Part shown: in pieces, positions 13,315-25,573 of the stretch
How positions within the stretch are numbered: position 1 is the first letter of the stretch
Layout: the number at the start of each line of letters is the position of its first letter
Source: Octopus vulgaris
Taxonomy: Eukaryota
NCBI GenBank assembly: GCA_951406725.2
Contig: OX597819.1
Coordinates: forward strand, 93,372,001-93,436,000
Direction: 5' to 3'
DNA length: 64,000 nucleotides
Notes under the pieces: model-generated
Database searches by the model: none
What the model was told of the DNA's origin: nothing
What the model saw: the letters and a program-made list of their open reading frames with translations, nothing else
Program-made: the position numbers and the translations under genes

Positions 13315-14035
13315 TTCACGTTCTGAGTTCAAATTACGCCGTGGCCGACTTTGGACTTCATTCACTTGGGGTTCGATAAAATAAGTACTAGTTAAGTATC
13401 GGGGTCGATGTAACTGACCATCCCCCTCCCCATTTCCAGCCTTGTGCTTGCAGTAGAAGCGATTATTTCTAACATAAACAAAGCAGCGAGTCGGACAAAA
13501 TGCCTAGCAGCATTTATTTCGACTCTTTATATAATGAGGACAAATTGCGCCAAGATCGTTTTCGCCTTTCATTCTTTCAGGGTCGATGAAATAAGTACCA
13601 GTCAAGTACTGAAGTCTTGGTTGTCAACTAAACCCCACCCCTAAAAATTGCTGGCCTTGTGCAAAAATTAGGATAAACTCGTTCAGACATAAGCACAAAA
13701 CCTGAAAGTTAGAGAATAGAATTCGTCGATTAAATCAACATCTTACTTTATTTATGCCACACCAAAGTTGGTTCTAGGAAGATTTGAACTCGAAACCAAT
13801 GCGATGATAATTGCTTGTAAAGGCGGTGAGCTGGCAGAAACGTTAGCGCGCCGGGCTAAATGCTTAGCGGTATTTCATCTGTCTTTACGTTCTGAGTTCA
13901 AATTCCGCCAAGATTGACTTTAACTTTTCATCCTTTCGGGATCGATAAATTAAGTACCAGTTGCGCACTGGGGTCGATCTAATCAACTGCTCCCTCCCCC
14001 AAATTTCGGGTTTCGTGCCTAGAGTAGAAAAGGTT
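13315..14035 (+). mobile_element. Three Meta-like SINE copies (best copy 13821-14035)
   Basis: AGGCGGTGAGCTGGCAGAAACGTTAGCGCGCCGGG...TTTTCATCCTTTCGGGATCGATAAATTAAGTACCAG. Confidence 0.85.
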
Positions 14036-14420
14036 AATAATTGCTTATAATATAAGGACGAGGCCAGAAATTGGCGAGTTGATTATATCCATCCCAATGT
14101 TCGACTGGCACTTATTTCATCAACGCCGAAAAGATTTAAGGTCGACCTCAATGGAATTTGAATTCACAGCGCTAAGACTGACAAAATTCTACAAAGCATA
14201 TTGTCTGTATGTAAACGATTCTGATATCAATTGTATGAAAGCAAGAGCGATAACAATTGATAGAAAAGTAGATAGATATACGTACATACGATTGTGTGCG
14301 CGCGCATGCCTGAATGCGTTTTGAACATATATATTAAGAATCTCAGATGAGTAGGAAGAGGACGAGACGTTTAGGCGGTGGAGCAGATGTCAGTTTGATT
14401 TAATGCCAGAGCTCGAATAA

Positions 14421-14833
14421 CTCTCTTTACTCTTTTACTTGTTTCAGTTATTTGACTGCGGCCATGCTGGAGCACCGCCTTTAGTCGAGCAAATCGACCC
14501 CAGGACTTATTCTTTGTAAGCCTAGTTCTTATTCTATCGGCCTCCTTTTCCCGAACCGCTAAGTTACGGGACATAAACACACTAGCATCGGTTGTCAAGC
14601 GATGTTGGGGGGACAAACACATACACACAAACACATACACAACACATTATATATACATATACATATATACGACGGGCTTCTTTCAGTTTCCGTCTACCAA
14701 ATCCACTCACAAGGCTTTGGTCGGCCTGAGGCTATAGCAGAAAACACTTGTCCAAGGTGCCACGCAGTGGGACTGAACCCGGAACCATGTGGTTGGCAAG
14801 CAAGCTACTTACCACACAACCACTCCTGTGCGC
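14421..14833 (-). mobile_element. Full-length CORE-like SINE
   Basis: Reverse strand: GGCGCACAGGAGTGGTTGTGTGGTAAG...GGTTCAGTCCCACTGCGTGGCACCTTGGACAAGTG (tRNA head plus CORE-like segment), internal (TA/CA) tract, tail GACTGAAACAAGTAAAAGAGTAAAGAG. Confidence 0.9.
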
Positions 14834-15409
14834 CTTTCTTTTTTCTCTCTGATCGTTAAAAATAAGGTGCAGCCAAGAGCAAGGTGCGATCCAAGCAACA
14901 GTTCTCTTCCATACTAAAGTAAAATATAATAATAATAATAACATTGTAGCCTTGTGCATGTCATAGAAATTAATATGACCATCGTCATCATTATCATCAT
15001 CATCATTATTATCAACATCTTTTATGATCATCCTTATTCATTCATCATCGTCATTCATCATTTCTGTATCGTTCGCCGCAAATTTCTGTTTCTTTTTTTT
15101 TTTTTTTTTTTTTTTTCCTGAAGTAGGAAATGCAAACCATGAGGTAAAGTGATTAATTTTTTTTTATCAGTTAGTTACTTCCACGTTCCTATGCGACTAT
15201 TTCCATGAGATAACTCACTCATTCCCTAGGCACACACATGCAGACATAGAAACACGTGTGCGCTCCCACTCACACATGTATACTTACGTACGCAAACTCA
15301 CAAAGAGGGAAAGGTGGCGTATTTGGCTTATATATGTGGATGTGGCTGTGCGCCAACTTCATGCAATATCATTTTACTAATGACGTTTAAGAACGTGGTT
15401 AAATATACC

Positions 15410-15428
15410 AACATACATACATACATAC

Positions 15429-15462
<34 letters not shown>

Positions 15463-15981
15463 GTGTGTATGTATGTATGTATATATATACATGTGTGTAT
15501 GTGTGTATGTATATATATACATGTGTGTATGTATATATATACATGTGTGTATATATGTATGTATATATATATACATGTGTGTATATATGTATGTATATAT
15601 ATATATGCATGTGTGTATTTATGTATGTATATATATATGCATGTGTGTATATATGTATGTATGTATATACATGTATGTATGTATATACATGTATGTATGT
15701 ATGTATGTATGTATGTATGTATGTATGTATGTATGTATATGCATGTGTGTATGTATGTATGTATATATATGCATGTGTGTATGTATATACACACCTACAC
15801 TCAAATACATTCACACGTATACACGTATCCATATTTACATGATGTATGTATGCCTGTACATATGGATATATAAACATACACACACATACATGCATGTAAA
15901 CTCACGCATATCCATTTTACTAATGACTTTTAAAAGCCTGATTATATATCTATATATACGTGAGCCTTTCTATGTGTGCAT

Positions 15982-16039
<58 letters not shown>

Positions 16040-16070
16040 GTATGTATGTAGGTATGTATATATGTATGTA
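15410..16070. repeat. (TATG)n/(TA)n compound microsatellite
   Basis: Directly visible. Confidence 0.95.
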
Positions 16071-16214
16071 TATCCACACACAATATTCATTCATGCATTT
16101 CTTACAAGTGTATGTAGGTGCGTGCTTGTTCCGAACATAAACAGTCAAGACTCCACATATAATGACGTGTATTATTCGTAGAATCGCATACACCTCCGCA
16201 CCTCCACACATACA

Positions 16215-16245
<31 letters not shown>

Positions 16246-16488
16246 GTACAGATACGCACGCATTACACCATATACATACGTCACACAAAACAAGCATAAT
16301 TTTTACACACATACGCAACACACAAAAACTATTTCATTGAGAGGATTCTGTGAATGGTTTTATTTTTTTGTTTGTTTGTTTGTTTGTTTGTATTCTTTAC
16401 TTGTTAGCTTTATCAAGTTCAGCAACATAGAGTTTCCAACGCATAACATCGAACCATACATACATTTATGCATCTTATCCATCAATCC

Positions 16489-16528
<40 letters not shown>

Positions 16529-16762
16529 TCATACGTACATGCATGCATTACGTTACATTAGCATTGCATTACACACATAGGCAGAGATTTTAACAGTTTC
16601 AACCTGTCAGATATGATAGTCTTACTACAGCTTCAATAATACTATATATCCATTTAGCTGGATTTGTTTTTAGATGGGTTTTTTGGCAAAAACTTGTAAA
16701 GCTTTAACGATAGGGAGTTTAGCTGAATTGCTTTACATTGCTTTCATGCAACCGCACGCACA

Positions 16763-16813
<51 letters not shown>

Positions 16814-17424
16814 GCACACATGCACGCACGCACGCACGCTCGCACACATACGTACGCTCGTATAAGCTTCTTGTATATGTTAATAATACCTGTATGTATG
16901 TATGTATGTATGTATGTATGTATGTATGTATGTATGTATGTATGTGTATAGTATAATACATAAATGTATGTAGGTATATACTCTGTGTGTGTGTAAATAT
17001 ATATACACACACTCACATGTCATGAGAAACACGCTATCTTAAAGATAGCGTATTTGTTATTGCCATATCTATGTTGAGTTTTCTAGATTCGTTTCTTTGT
17101 GCGCTGAATCCAGATGTCGCTAAAGTTAACTTTGTCTCCCATTTCATTCTTTAAAAGGCCTTAAATATAATAAAATTTCAGTAGTTCAGACGAGGGTTCG
17201 TCTAACCTCATTTCCCGTTACTCTCGCTGCCTTCCACTCTGAAACAAATCAGCTATGCGCTGACTTCTATACATAAGATGTCCAAGAGATATTGTATGTC
17301 ATATCGGCGTTCTGGCGATTGCAGCAAGGTGTGGAGACCCAAGGAAAAGAGAATGTCTATATAGGAGCAGGCATGACTGGTAGAAATAACAACCGAATCT
17401 TCCTTTAAATATGCCTTATGCAGG

Positions 17425-18220
17425 CATGAAGTAGTTAAGAAGCTCGCTTTGTATGCCACATGGTTTCAGATTTGGTCTCACTGCGCGGCACCTTAGGCAA
17501 GTTTCCTCTACTATATTCCCGGGCTGACCAATGACCTCTGAGTGAATGTGACAAGCAGAAACTGTGCTGAAGCCCATCTTATCTGTATATATTTATGCGT
17601 CTTTGTGTTTGCCACCCACATACACACACAGCCCCACTGACAACCGGTGTCAGCTTTGTTTACGTCCCTGTAGCTTAGAGATTCGGCAAAAGATACCAAT
17701 TGCATAAGTACCAGACTTTAAAGTATGTACTGAGGTCGATTTCTCCGACTAAATCATTCAAGGTTGTGACCAGCGCTAGATTAACCATTAAGCAAAATAT
17801 AAACGTGCTTAGGGCATCAAAGGAAGTGGGGGTACTACAGAAATGGTACTTACTAAAATAATATTCGAGGTAGCGTAAGTGATCGGAAATATAATTTCTA
17901 AGTGTTCATGGTGTCATAGTGAGGATTTGATTGAAGATTTTACAATTAGAAAAAAGTAGGAGAAAATTTTTGAAATATAAAGTGGAAGCATAAAAAAAAG
18001 ATAAAATAAACATTTCCTCCCATCTTACTCTTGGTTTTGCTTCATTTTGAAAAACAAAAACAAAAAAGAATCATTTTATGGCTTATTATTGTTTAAATTT
18101 TGAATTACACGTATATGGTGGCACTAAAATCTTTTAAGTGCTTAGGACCTCAATGGGTCTTAATCCGGCCCTGGCTGTAACCCTGCATGACCACAGTCCG
18201 TTGACTGAAACCAGTAAAAG
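17425..18220 (+). mobile_element. CORE-like SINE interrupted by a MITE
   Basis: The SINE body runs to AAGGTTGTGAC (17770) and resumes CCTGCATGACCACAGTCCGTTGACTGAAACCAGTAAAAG after 18181. Confidence 0.75.
17771..18173. mobile_element. hAT-type MITE
   Basis: Imperfect TIRs CAGCGCTAGATTAA and TTAATCCGGCCCTG. Degenerate 8-bp TSD GTTGTGAC / GCTGTAAC. Confidence 0.75.
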
Positions 18221-18796
18221 ATTTTAAAATGTGCATATATGTGTGTATATACACCCATTCATAAGTGTATATACAGCCATATACATACCTGTGTGAATAC
18301 GGGTTTGGACTTTACATTTGATAAGAAGATACGATGATAGATTAATATTCGCAGAATTGCGACTCATTTTAAATTCATTGAAATATTATATACATTCGTG
18401 TACATACACCTATAGAGGCACGTGCACCCCCCACCACAATATTTATAAGCATACACACATTTGTACGTACATACACGTAAGCATACAAACGTACACAAGT
18501 ACTGGCAAGTGTACATAAGCCCATATATGTCTATACGTATATACACACAAACACACACACATCCCTTCTTGGAAAAAGAAAGACGCCGTCGTGGCGTGCA
18601 ACGTGTCTTGGGTATTTAAATCTCTAACGAAGTCCATTCCTCTGCGAGTCTGCAAACAGCTGATTTCTTTCATAAAGGAATGCAATCAGTGAAAGGAAAA
18701 TTGAGAGAAGAATATATTGCACAAATGAATTGCAGCTTTATGCATGCATACATACATATATACATACACACACACACACACACACAAACACACAAA

Positions 18797-18878
<82 letters not shown>

Positions 18879-19334
18879 CCAGAGACATAGTAAATTGGAG
18901 GTAGTCTGTCCCCCGGTAGTCTGAGAGGGCTCAGAAATTTAGCTAGCCAATCATGCCGGCAACTTAAGGTGGTGGGTGCCAAAAGTACTTTTGACTTCAA
19001 GCATTGAAACCCTGTCTATGCCATGCATACATATATGTATATGTGTATGTATGTGTCTGTGTTTGTAATTGTAGTTCTGATGACGCCTGTTGAGGTAGAA
19101 ACACGTGTTCGTGACTGTCCTCTTAACTCGAGACAATGCACCAGTTAAATTCATATCAAATTTGGACAATTCTCGTGTCTTAAGATTATCTTCCCTTTCT
19201 CATACGAATATCAATTGCCATGTGTAATTGGGAGACATCCCCTAGAAGCGGATATAATTTTAATAAATCAAGAATTTATTGTTATTTATATCTATATGTA
19301 CATTCAATTATGCACTCAGACACACAAACAATAA

Positions 19335-19645
19335 TGTATATGTATACATTTATATACTTTTATACACATATACATATATATATATATGTATGTATGTATA
19401 TATGTATGTATATGTATGTATGTATATGTATGTATATATGTATGTATGTATATGTATGTATGTATATGTATGTATGTATATGTATGTATATGTATGTATG
19501 TATATGTATGTATATGTATGTATGTATATGTATGTATATATATGTATGTATGTATATGTATGTATATATATGTATGTATGTATGTGTATGTATGTAATGT
19601 ATGTATATGTATGTATGTAATGTATGTATGTAATGTATGTATATG

Positions 19646-19690
<45 letters not shown>

Positions 19691-19775
19691 GTATATGTAT
19701 ATATATATATGTATATATGTATATATGTATGTATATGTATGTATGTATGTATATATGTATGTATATGTATGTATG

Positions 19776-19810
<35 letters not shown>

Positions 19811-19900
19811 GTATACATATATGTGTGTACATGCGCACGTGAGCATATATGTTTACATACACGTGTAAATATATGCGTGTATATATGTGTTTGTGTGAAT
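19335..19900. repeat. (TATG)n/(TA)n compound microsatellite
   Basis: Directly visible. Confidence 0.95.
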
Positions 19901-20461
19901 GCGCATGTGTGTAAATGCGTGTTTGTATTTCTGATTTTCTCTTTTCGTTCTTGGGAATATAGAAAAGCTTTTGTAAACTCAATGGAAAGCCACAATGAAG
20001 ATAAGAAGGCAACGTTTTCTCCAGTGCATCTTTGCACAAAAGTACATTTGAAAAAAAAAGATTTTATCCCAACTAAAAATAAAATGACTGACATACAGAA
20101 TGAATGGTTTAGAGATAAAGTATGATGTATATAAGGAATGGGAGGGGATGAAGATGAGAATGAAAGAGAAGAGAGAGAGAGAAAAAAAGAAGAAACAGAA
20201 AACGAAATGAAAATGGTTTTGACGTTTTAAATGTGCCTGTGTATGCCGTTGTTGGTTGTCATTTAGCCCCAAGAAGGCGTCCATCATCGTGTAGACATGC
20301 GCTCAAAGCCATAACCATACCATGATATTTTCAGTAATAGGTCTATATTATTCACTGAGTTGTGTTCCTGCTGTTTTGTTGTTGTTTCAAAGTGTAGTAG
20401 AGAGTGGTTTTAAAAAAAGATTTGTTTACTAAATCAAGGTTTTCCTTTTGAGCAGTTATTT

Positions 20462-20892
20462 CGAATCTTTTCGGTTTGAACGGCAGTTTTTTTTCTAGCG
20501 GTGTCATATGAAATTTTCACCCATAACTATGACCCTAATATCGATCTATTGCATTTCATTCTGTTTTAGGGTTAGGGTTAGTTAGGGTTAGGTGTGGGGA
20601 GAAGGGTACCTTTTTTTTCTTCACAAATGTAAATAAACCCAATCTGTTTCGTAAACGAGGACATATTCATACGGCACAGAATGTTTTTTTTACCTCGATA
20701 GACGTCAGTGATTGGTTAAAATTGCAGAAATTGAAGAAAAAAACAACAAATATCTTACAAACTATAGAATTTTCTCAATAAAGCCAAGGAAAAAAATGTT
20801 TTATAAACACATTCTACTAGTATACGAAGTTAAAAACTTTTTTGTTACCTAGAAATTATGTTAAAAACTGCCGTTCAAATCGAAAAGAGCCG
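20462..20892. mobile_element. MITE with ~28-bp TIRs, 6-bp TSD and internal TTAGGG repeats
   Basis: TIRs CGAATCTTTTCGGTTTGAACGGCAGTTTTT and AAAAACTGCCGTTCAAATCGAAAAGAGCCG. TSD TTATTT at 20456-20461 and 20893-20898. Confidence 0.85.
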
Positions 20893-21010
20893 TTATTTCT
20901 AGTAGTTTTGCTACTTCTGGCTTTGGAACTGTGGACATATGTTGACGCAAGTGTATGTGTATATAAAGAAACTTTGTGTCCGTGCGCGAGTATTTGCGTA
21001 GTTATATATG

Positions 21011-21243
21011 TATTTCTTTATTGCCCACAAGGAGCTAAACACAGAGGGGACAAACAAGGACAGACAAAGGGATTAAGTCGATTACATCGACCCCAGTGCG
21101 TAACTGGTACTTAATTTATCGACCCCGAAAGGATGAAAGGCAAAGTCGACCTCGGCGGAATTTGAACTCGGAACATAACGGCAGACGAAATACGGCTACG
21201 CATTTCGCCCGGCGTGCTAACGTTTCTGGCAGCTCGCCGCCTT
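21011..21243 (-). mobile_element. Young full-length Meta-like SINE with 18-bp TSD
   Basis: Near-consensus copy. TSD TTTGCGTAGTTATATATG at 20993-21010 and 21244-21261. Confidence 0.9.
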
Positions 21244-21505
21244 TTTGCGTAGTTATATATGCGCGCCCTTTGTATATTTTAACTTAGAAATGTTTGCTTA
21301 GAAAACAGACTTACACGGTCTGCTATTATACATTTACAGATATTTTCATGTCTACTATTTACAGTACTCTAAAAAAAATATACTCTATGGTCGTCTGCAT
21401 AGAGCTGTCAATAGACTGTAGTCATACTGTTTAATTTTATCTACTATATATATGTATGTTTGTGTGTGTTTGTATACAATACCATGTCCTTGCTAATAAT
21501 CAATA

Positions 21506-21810
21506 CTAGTAGTATAGCCCGGCGTTGCTCGGGTTTGTTTTTTAGTTGCGCTTAAAACGGCAGACTTTCATATCGCGTTAACAAAGTTTTGACATAGTTT
21601 CAGTCTTTTTTGAAAAGAAAAAAAATTGCATTATGTAGCTTGTTATTCTCTTTAAGTGAATATTTTTCTGGTTGAAATACACCGAAAGATGACGACACAG
21701 CAGTAAAAAAATCGTAAAAAATAGGGATTTTCATAGAAAAAAAAACACCTTTCTGATGTAAATAATTTTTGGTCTTAACATGGTCCGATTTGAATTTTTT
21801 CTTCTACGGA
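21506..21810 (-). mobile_element. Helitron 3'-end fragment
   Basis: Minus-strand terminus CCCGAGCAACGCCGGGCTATACTA-CTAG|T, same family as 7167-7540. The inner boundary is approximate. Confidence 0.65.
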
Positions 21811-22291
21811 ATGTCTATCCAATAGTGTTACACCGTCCAACATAGTGGGGATTTAAGCAATGCTTCCGTAGATAGTTGATAGGTTGGATGTGGCACTCAT
21901 GAAGAGCAGTATCCCTTGAAATAAGCACATACGCTTATTGCCTGTTTTTTTTTTTTTGTTCTTTTTCTATCTTCCTTCACATTGTTTACATAGACGTATT
22001 CGTTTACAAAATGACTCTGAATTCTATTGGAAATCTATAGTTTACCACTTAAAAATAAGAATATCGCACTGCTAACACAAAACGTAGGGCACAATATTGA
22101 CTTGTATGCCTTCAATATATTTGGTAGTATATTAGGGTTGCAAAAGTAAGTATTGTTTGTGTCCTTGCTAATAATCAATTAATCAGTTCAATTTCCTTGC
22201 AGTTCGGATGGAAAAGAAGTGCTGGATTATTACTTTCCATCACACTAGTGTGCTGTTTTTGCTAATGTGGTTGATAGAATATTCTCAAACA

Positions 22292-22672
22292 TAGGCGCAG
22301 GATAACAAGCTTACTTCCCAACCACATGGTTCCGGGTTCAGTTCCACTGCGTGGCACCTTGGACAAGAGTCTTCTACTATAGCCTCGGGCGGACCAAAGC
22401 CTCGTGAGTGGATTTGGTAGACGGAAACTGAAAGAAACTTGTCGTATATATGCATATATATCTATGTACATGTTTGTGTGTCTGTGTTTGTCCCCAACAA
22501 TCGCATACCAACCGATGTTGGTGTGTTTATGTCCTCGTAACTTAACGGTTCGGCAAAAATAACCGATAGAATAAGTACTAGGCTTACAAAGAATAAGTCC
22601 TGGGATCGATTCGTTGGAGTAAAGGCGGTGCTCCAGCATGGCCGCAGTCAAATGACTGAAACAAGTAAAAGA
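22292..22672 (+). mobile_element. CORE-like SINE
   Basis: Near-consensus copy of the 14421-14833 family. Confidence 0.9.
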
Positions 22673-22754
22673 GTATACAAATTTCATCCAATACTTCCAT
22701 AGATACAAAAGGAAAACCGTTTAATAGTTGCTATGACATGTTTAATGTTTAATT

Positions 22755-23212
22755 GGTTTCAAATTTTGGCACAAGGTCAGCTATTTCGGGTGTGGGGGCA
22801 AGTCGAATACATCGACCACAGTGCTCCACTTGTACTTATTTTATCGACTCCAAAATGATGAAAGGTAAGGCCGGCCACGGTGGAATTTGAACTCAGAGCG
22901 TAACAGCGGATGAAATGTCGCTAAGCATTTTGCCTGGCGTGCTAATGATTCTACCAGCTCGCCGCCATATCATGTGCCAGTAATATGCTGTGATGATATG
23001 GCGGCGAACTAGCAAAATCGTAAGCATGCCGGGTGAAATACTTAGCAGCATTTTGTCATCTTTACGTTCTGAGTTCAAATTCCACCGAGGTCGACTTTGC
23101 CTTACATCTTTTGGAAGTCGATAAAATATGTACCAGGTGAATACTGGTGTCGGTGTAATCTACTTCACCCCTTCCTCGAAATTGCTGGCCTTGAGTCAAA
23201 ATTTGAAACCAG
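22755..23212. mobile_element. Two head-to-head Meta-like SINEs (22755-22967 minus, 22999-23212 plus)
   Basis: ...CCAGCTCGCCGCCATATCA, a spacer of about 17 bp, then TGATATGGCGGCGAACTAGC... Confidence 0.8.
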
Positions 23213-23340
23213 TATACGCTGATGATGTTTAATCCTTTAGCATAAAGACTACTCTGTCAAATGCAATGTTTATTTATTCACATTGTTTTCAATTAATCAT
23301 GCTTTATTCTTGAAGTTTCGAGATTTCAAAGATGTGATTA

Positions 23341-23567
23341 CTCTCTTTACTCTTTTACTTGTTTCAGTCATTTGACTGCGGCCATGCTGGAGCACCGCCT
23401 TGAGTCGAGCAAATCGACCCCGGGACTTATTCTTTGTAAGCCCAGTACTTATTCTATCGGTCTCTTTTGCCGAACCGCTAAGTGACGGGGACGTAAACAC
23501 ACCAGCATCGGTTGTCAAGCAATGCTAGGGGGACAAACACAGACACACAAACATATACACACACACT

Positions 23568-23614
<47 letters not shown>

Positions 23615-23777
23615 GACAGGCTTCTTTCAGTTTCCGTCTACCAAATCCACTCACAAGGCATTGGTCGGCCCGGGGCTATAGCAGAAGACACTTGCCCAAG
23701 ATGCCATGCAGTGGGACTGAACCCGGAACCATGTGGTTGGTTAGCAAGCTACTTACCACACAGCCACTCCTGCGCCT
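23341..23777 (-). mobile_element. Full-length CORE-like SINE
   Basis: Near-consensus copy with an internal (TA)n tract. Confidence 0.9.
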
Positions 23778-23949
23778 GTTTATTTTTAGAATAACATTGC
23801 AGGGTAGTCGTGAGAAGCTGGATCAGGTTTGTTTGAACAAAAAAGCGGTAGAATATTTGGGCCAAATATGGGTGATTTAAATGCTAAAGGCTAAGATATT
23901 GTTGTTTAATGAGTCATTACTGTTTGGCTCTGTGGTAAGTTATAGGTGT

Positions 23950-24106
23950 CGGAGTAGCTGTATAGTAAGTAGCTTGCTTGCCAACCACATGGTTCCGGGT
24001 TCAGTTCCACTGCGTGGCACCTTGGACAAGAGTCTTCTACTATAGTCTCGGGCCGACCAAAGCCTTGTGAGTGGATTTGGTAGACGGAAACTGAAAGAAG
24101 CCCGTC

Positions 24107-24146
<40 letters not shown>

Positions 24147-24365
24147 TCTATGTACATGTTTGTGTGTCTGTGTTTGCACCCGCACCAACGTTGTTTGACA
24201 ACCGATGCTGGTGTGTTTACGTCCCGGTAACTTAGCGGTTTGACAAAAGAGACCGACAGAATAAGTACTAGGCTTACAAAGAATAAGTCCTGGGGTCGAT
24301 TTGTTCGACTAAAGGCGGTGCTCCAGCATGGCCACAGTCAAATGACTGAAACGAGCAAAGAAAAA
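23950..24365 (+). mobile_element. CORE-like SINE
   Basis: Near-consensus copy. Confidence 0.9.
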
Positions 24366-24624
24366 AGAGCTCTGATTACGTAGACCGATGGTCAAAGTGA
24401 TGCGGCTGAGAACATCCCTTTTCTTAATTTCAGAAGTAACCAAGATTACATCACTTTATTTGTCATTCTTTTTATGATAATATGGTGTGATTGGCTCCTA
24501 TTTCTAACAAGTCAAGCGACCACCTAGAGAAATTTACGGCGACTCGTGTTTTAAATATTGGTTTCTAACATAAGCATAACTGAACTGTTGCTGGTTTCTG
24601 GAACAGGTGTATTTTTTACGTGTA

Positions 24625-24930
24625 TAGGGTGTTAGCCTATAGCACAACCCCCGAATTTGGAGGGTCGATGTGTATATTTTAGTCTGACTCCTACTCGTCA
24701 ACCAAACCAGCAAGGTTAAACCTGCCAGGGAAACACGTCCCCCACTGGCACATGCTCTAGGGATCATAAAAGTACTCAAGCCTCCCCGCCACGTCAAGGC
24801 CACACACAGAAGCAGACATGGAAACGGAGCATTTTGGACAAGCTCAGGACCACCGACTTTACACGGGAAGCAGCCAAGAAACACACCAATGACCGCAAAA
24901 AGTGGAAAACAACTGTTTGGAGCATTTTAA
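24625..24930. mobile_element. RTE-clade LINE remnant (antisense 5'UTR-like part joined to sense ORF C-terminus)
   Basis: Reverse strand 24800->24625 reads GCCTTGACGTGGCGGGGAGGCTTG...CCTCCAAATTCGGGGGTTG...GGCTAACACCC, resembling RTE/BovB 5' UTRs. Plus strand 24801-24930 reads QTWKRSILDKLRTTDFTREAAKKHTNDRKKWKTTV (RTE C-terminal W..., DR..W motif). Confidence 0.6.
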
Positions 24931-25241
24931 ATCATCATTAAATCATAGATCGCTCAAAATATTCTTAGTGTCCTAATTTATAATTAGTTAAGTTGCTTGT
25001 TATTACTGTCGCCTTTGCCGTCGCGGCTACTGTTTATTTTTTTTTAGCCCAGGGTAACCCTAAACGAGCAGAACTATTTAAAGGCATTCCAAACGCCACT
25101 ATCTGATAATTTTTTGATACGTAATATATCATGAATCTACATACACACATGCATACATACACACATACATATACACACACAAACATACATATATGTTTAT
25201 ATACATATATGTATACATATATATATACAAAAAAAATATTC

Positions 25242-25466
25242 GAGCGAGGTCAAAGCCAGTGCCGCTGGACTGGCTCCTATGTAGGTGGCACGTAAAAGCA
25301 TCCACTACACTCTCGGAGTGGTTGGCGTTAGGAAGTGCATCCAGCTGTAGAAACTCTGCCAGATCAGATTGGAGCCTGGTGCAGCCATCTGGCTCGTCAG
25401 TCCTCAGTCAAATCGTCCAACCCATGCCAGCATGGAAAGCAGACGTTAAATGATGATGATGATGAT
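25242..25466 (+). mobile_element. RTE-tailed SINE fragment
   Basis: GGTTGGCGTTAGGAAGTGCATCCAGCTGTAGAAAC segment, and tail CCAACCCATGCCAGCATGGAAAGCAGACGTTAAAT(GAT)n. Confidence 0.7.
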
Positions 25467-25491
25467 ACACATGTATATACATATATGTGTG

Positions 25492-25530
<39 letters not shown>

Positions 25531-25541
25531 GTGTGTGTGTG

Positions 25542-25573
<32 letters not shown>

